DNA from: Takakia lepidozioides
Taxonomy: Eukaryota; Plantae; Bryophyta
Assembly: GCA_030704615.1 (NCBI GenBank)
Contig: CM060732.1
Coordinates: forward strand, 14,756,001-14,820,000
Length of the DNA stretch: 64,000 nucleotides
Direction of reading: 5' to 3'
Position 1 is the stretch's first letter; every line of letters starts with the position of its first letter. The position numbers and the translations under genes are program-made. This document shows, one piece after another, positions 62,875 to 64,000 of this stretch. Below the pieces are notes generated by a model, which was not told the origin of the DNA, made no database searches, and saw nothing but the letters and a program-made list of their open reading frames with translations.

Positions 62875-63570
62875 TCACAGGGAGCTGTGCACGGCGACCA
62901 TCCCCGACTGCCATCCAGGCCTGTAGGATGCTGACTCCTCCCAGAAATCCAGGGTGAAGCCCATGGGGTATAACACTGCCCCACCAACGAGGACATCGTA
63001 AGAGACCGCGTCTGTCACAATGGCCTTGGCTCGCATCACTGAGCCATCTACAGGATGATCCGGCTGCAGTCTAATAGCCAACTGATGTCGTGTCATGCCG
63101 CGAGCCTGCTCTGATCCTCCCAGAGATGTCTGTATCTGGAAAGGACAAGGCTCCATATCCGCCTCCATGAGGCCCAAACCTGCAATAGCAGCTCTGCCCA
63201 ACATCAGTGGCTGAGCTCCTGAGTCCAACAAGACCCGCAGTGGCCGGTACTTCTTGCCTGCCGGTCCACTCAAAGTGAAAATGCCTCCCTGGTTGTCTAA
63301 CAAGACAACTCCAGGTGTCACCATGGCGCGCTCAATGGCTGGCCTAGCTGGCAGCTCCGTCAACCTGGCAGCTGCAACTTGCCATGGCGCAGCCGTGGCA
63401 GTCTTGACCCTCAAATCCGAGGATCCCTCTGCCACTACACCTTCCACTAACTCCGCAGAAGATGAAGTGACCTCCCCACTCTCACAAGTGTTGCTGCTAG
63501 TCTGAACACTGCAGCTGGTCTCACCCCCGGCGTCGCAATCATTGTTGCCGAGAACAGTGGGGCCTGACAC
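62875..63570 (-). CDS. Retroviral-type aspartic protease region
   Basis: RVLLDSGAQPLML ... YDVLVGGAVL. Confidence 0.85.
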   Translation of the reverse strand: MSGPTVLGNNDCDAGGETSCSVQTSSNTCESGEVTSSSAELVEGVVAEGSSDLRVKTATAAPWQVAAARLTELPARPAIERAMVTPGVVLLDNQGGIFTLSGPAGKKYRPLRVLLDSGAQPLMLGRAAIAGLGLMEADMEPCPFQIQTSLGGSEQARGMTRHQLAIRLQPDHPVDGSVMRAKAIVTDAVSYDVLVGGAVLYPMGFTLDFWEESASYRPGWQSGMVAVHSSL

Positions 63571-64000
63571 ACAGAGGTGGCTGCCCCCAATAACACACCG
63601 GCCGCACTAGCCTTGGCAGCAGGAGTCAATGCTGCACGTGTAGCTCTCCCCAATGGCATAGTAACCTCCGCCTCGGTAACAGTCGGGCGAGAACTAGGTG
63701 CCATGGATGGCGTCGACACAGTCTCCGCCAATGTGAATGACTGAGGAAGCCTTGCCTGACGGCTTGCCTCCCCACGCTGTGGATCCAATTCCACCTCTGC
63801 ACCTCGTGGCTCAGGAACTCGTGCTGCTCCTCGAGTCACGGCTGCAGCAGACTCCACCTGCTCTAGTGGTAGTGCTGCTCCGCACATAAATCCCATGCCT
63901 CCCATATCTCCTCCCTCAGGAGCAGGAGGTGGACCATCCCGCCTGGGAGCCGGTACCGCCTGAGCTATAGCCATGGCAGCGAGCCTCTGCTCTAGCTGCT
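63447..64000 (-). CDS. Gag C-terminal low-complexity region (partial)
   Basis: Open Ala/Pro-rich frame directly upstream of the protease; positional inference. Confidence 0.55.
   Translation of the reverse strand, partial: QLEQRLAAMAIAQAVPAPRRDGPPPAPEGGDMGGMGFMCGAALPLEQVESAAAVTRGAARVPEPRGAEVELDPQRGEASRQARLPQSFTLAETVSTPSMAPSSRPTVTEAEVTMPLGRATRAALTPAAKASAAGVLLGAATSVCQAPLFSATMIATPGVRPAAVFRLAATLVRVGRSLHLLRS

Larger units (their letters stand above)
57490..64000 (-). mobile_element. Ty3/Gypsy LTR retrotransposon with cytosine DNA methyltransferase and PHD finger; 5' part beyond window end
   Basis: Domain order gag-PR-DNMT-RT-RH-INT-PHD, then PPT and LTR. Confidence 0.95.

Overview
Transposon-dense eukaryotic DNA with no intact host gene, rRNA, tRNA or CRISPR array. 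It is most likely a non-seed land-plant (bryophyte-like) nuclear region; this is inferred from the TE families and a plant HMA5/RAN1-like fragment. The main feature is a minus-strand Ty3/Gypsy LTR retrotransposon (about 57490 to beyond 64000). Its polyprotein order is gag-protease-[C5 cytosine DNA methyltransferase, DNMT3-like]-RT-RNaseH-integrase-[PHD finger]. The methyltransferase reads without interruption and is in frame with RT across a single TAG followed by CAA CCA, which fits the CARYYA readthrough context. Two divergent Mutator-like transposase genes (WRKY/GCM-like finger, MULE DDE, an extra Cys-rich domain, SWIM) share an intron position. One abuts an array of about 32 x 116-bp units, each carrying a 16-bp-stem tetraloop hairpin, arranged in a 7-unit higher-order repeat. 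An L1-like LINE is present as a ~4-kb inverted duplication with segments flipped in place. The rest is further LINE, hAT, CACTA, possible KDZ and Helitron remnants, a hAT MITE with 8-bp TSD, and several palindromic subterminal-type arrays. All domain calls are by-eye motif recognition; no searches were run.
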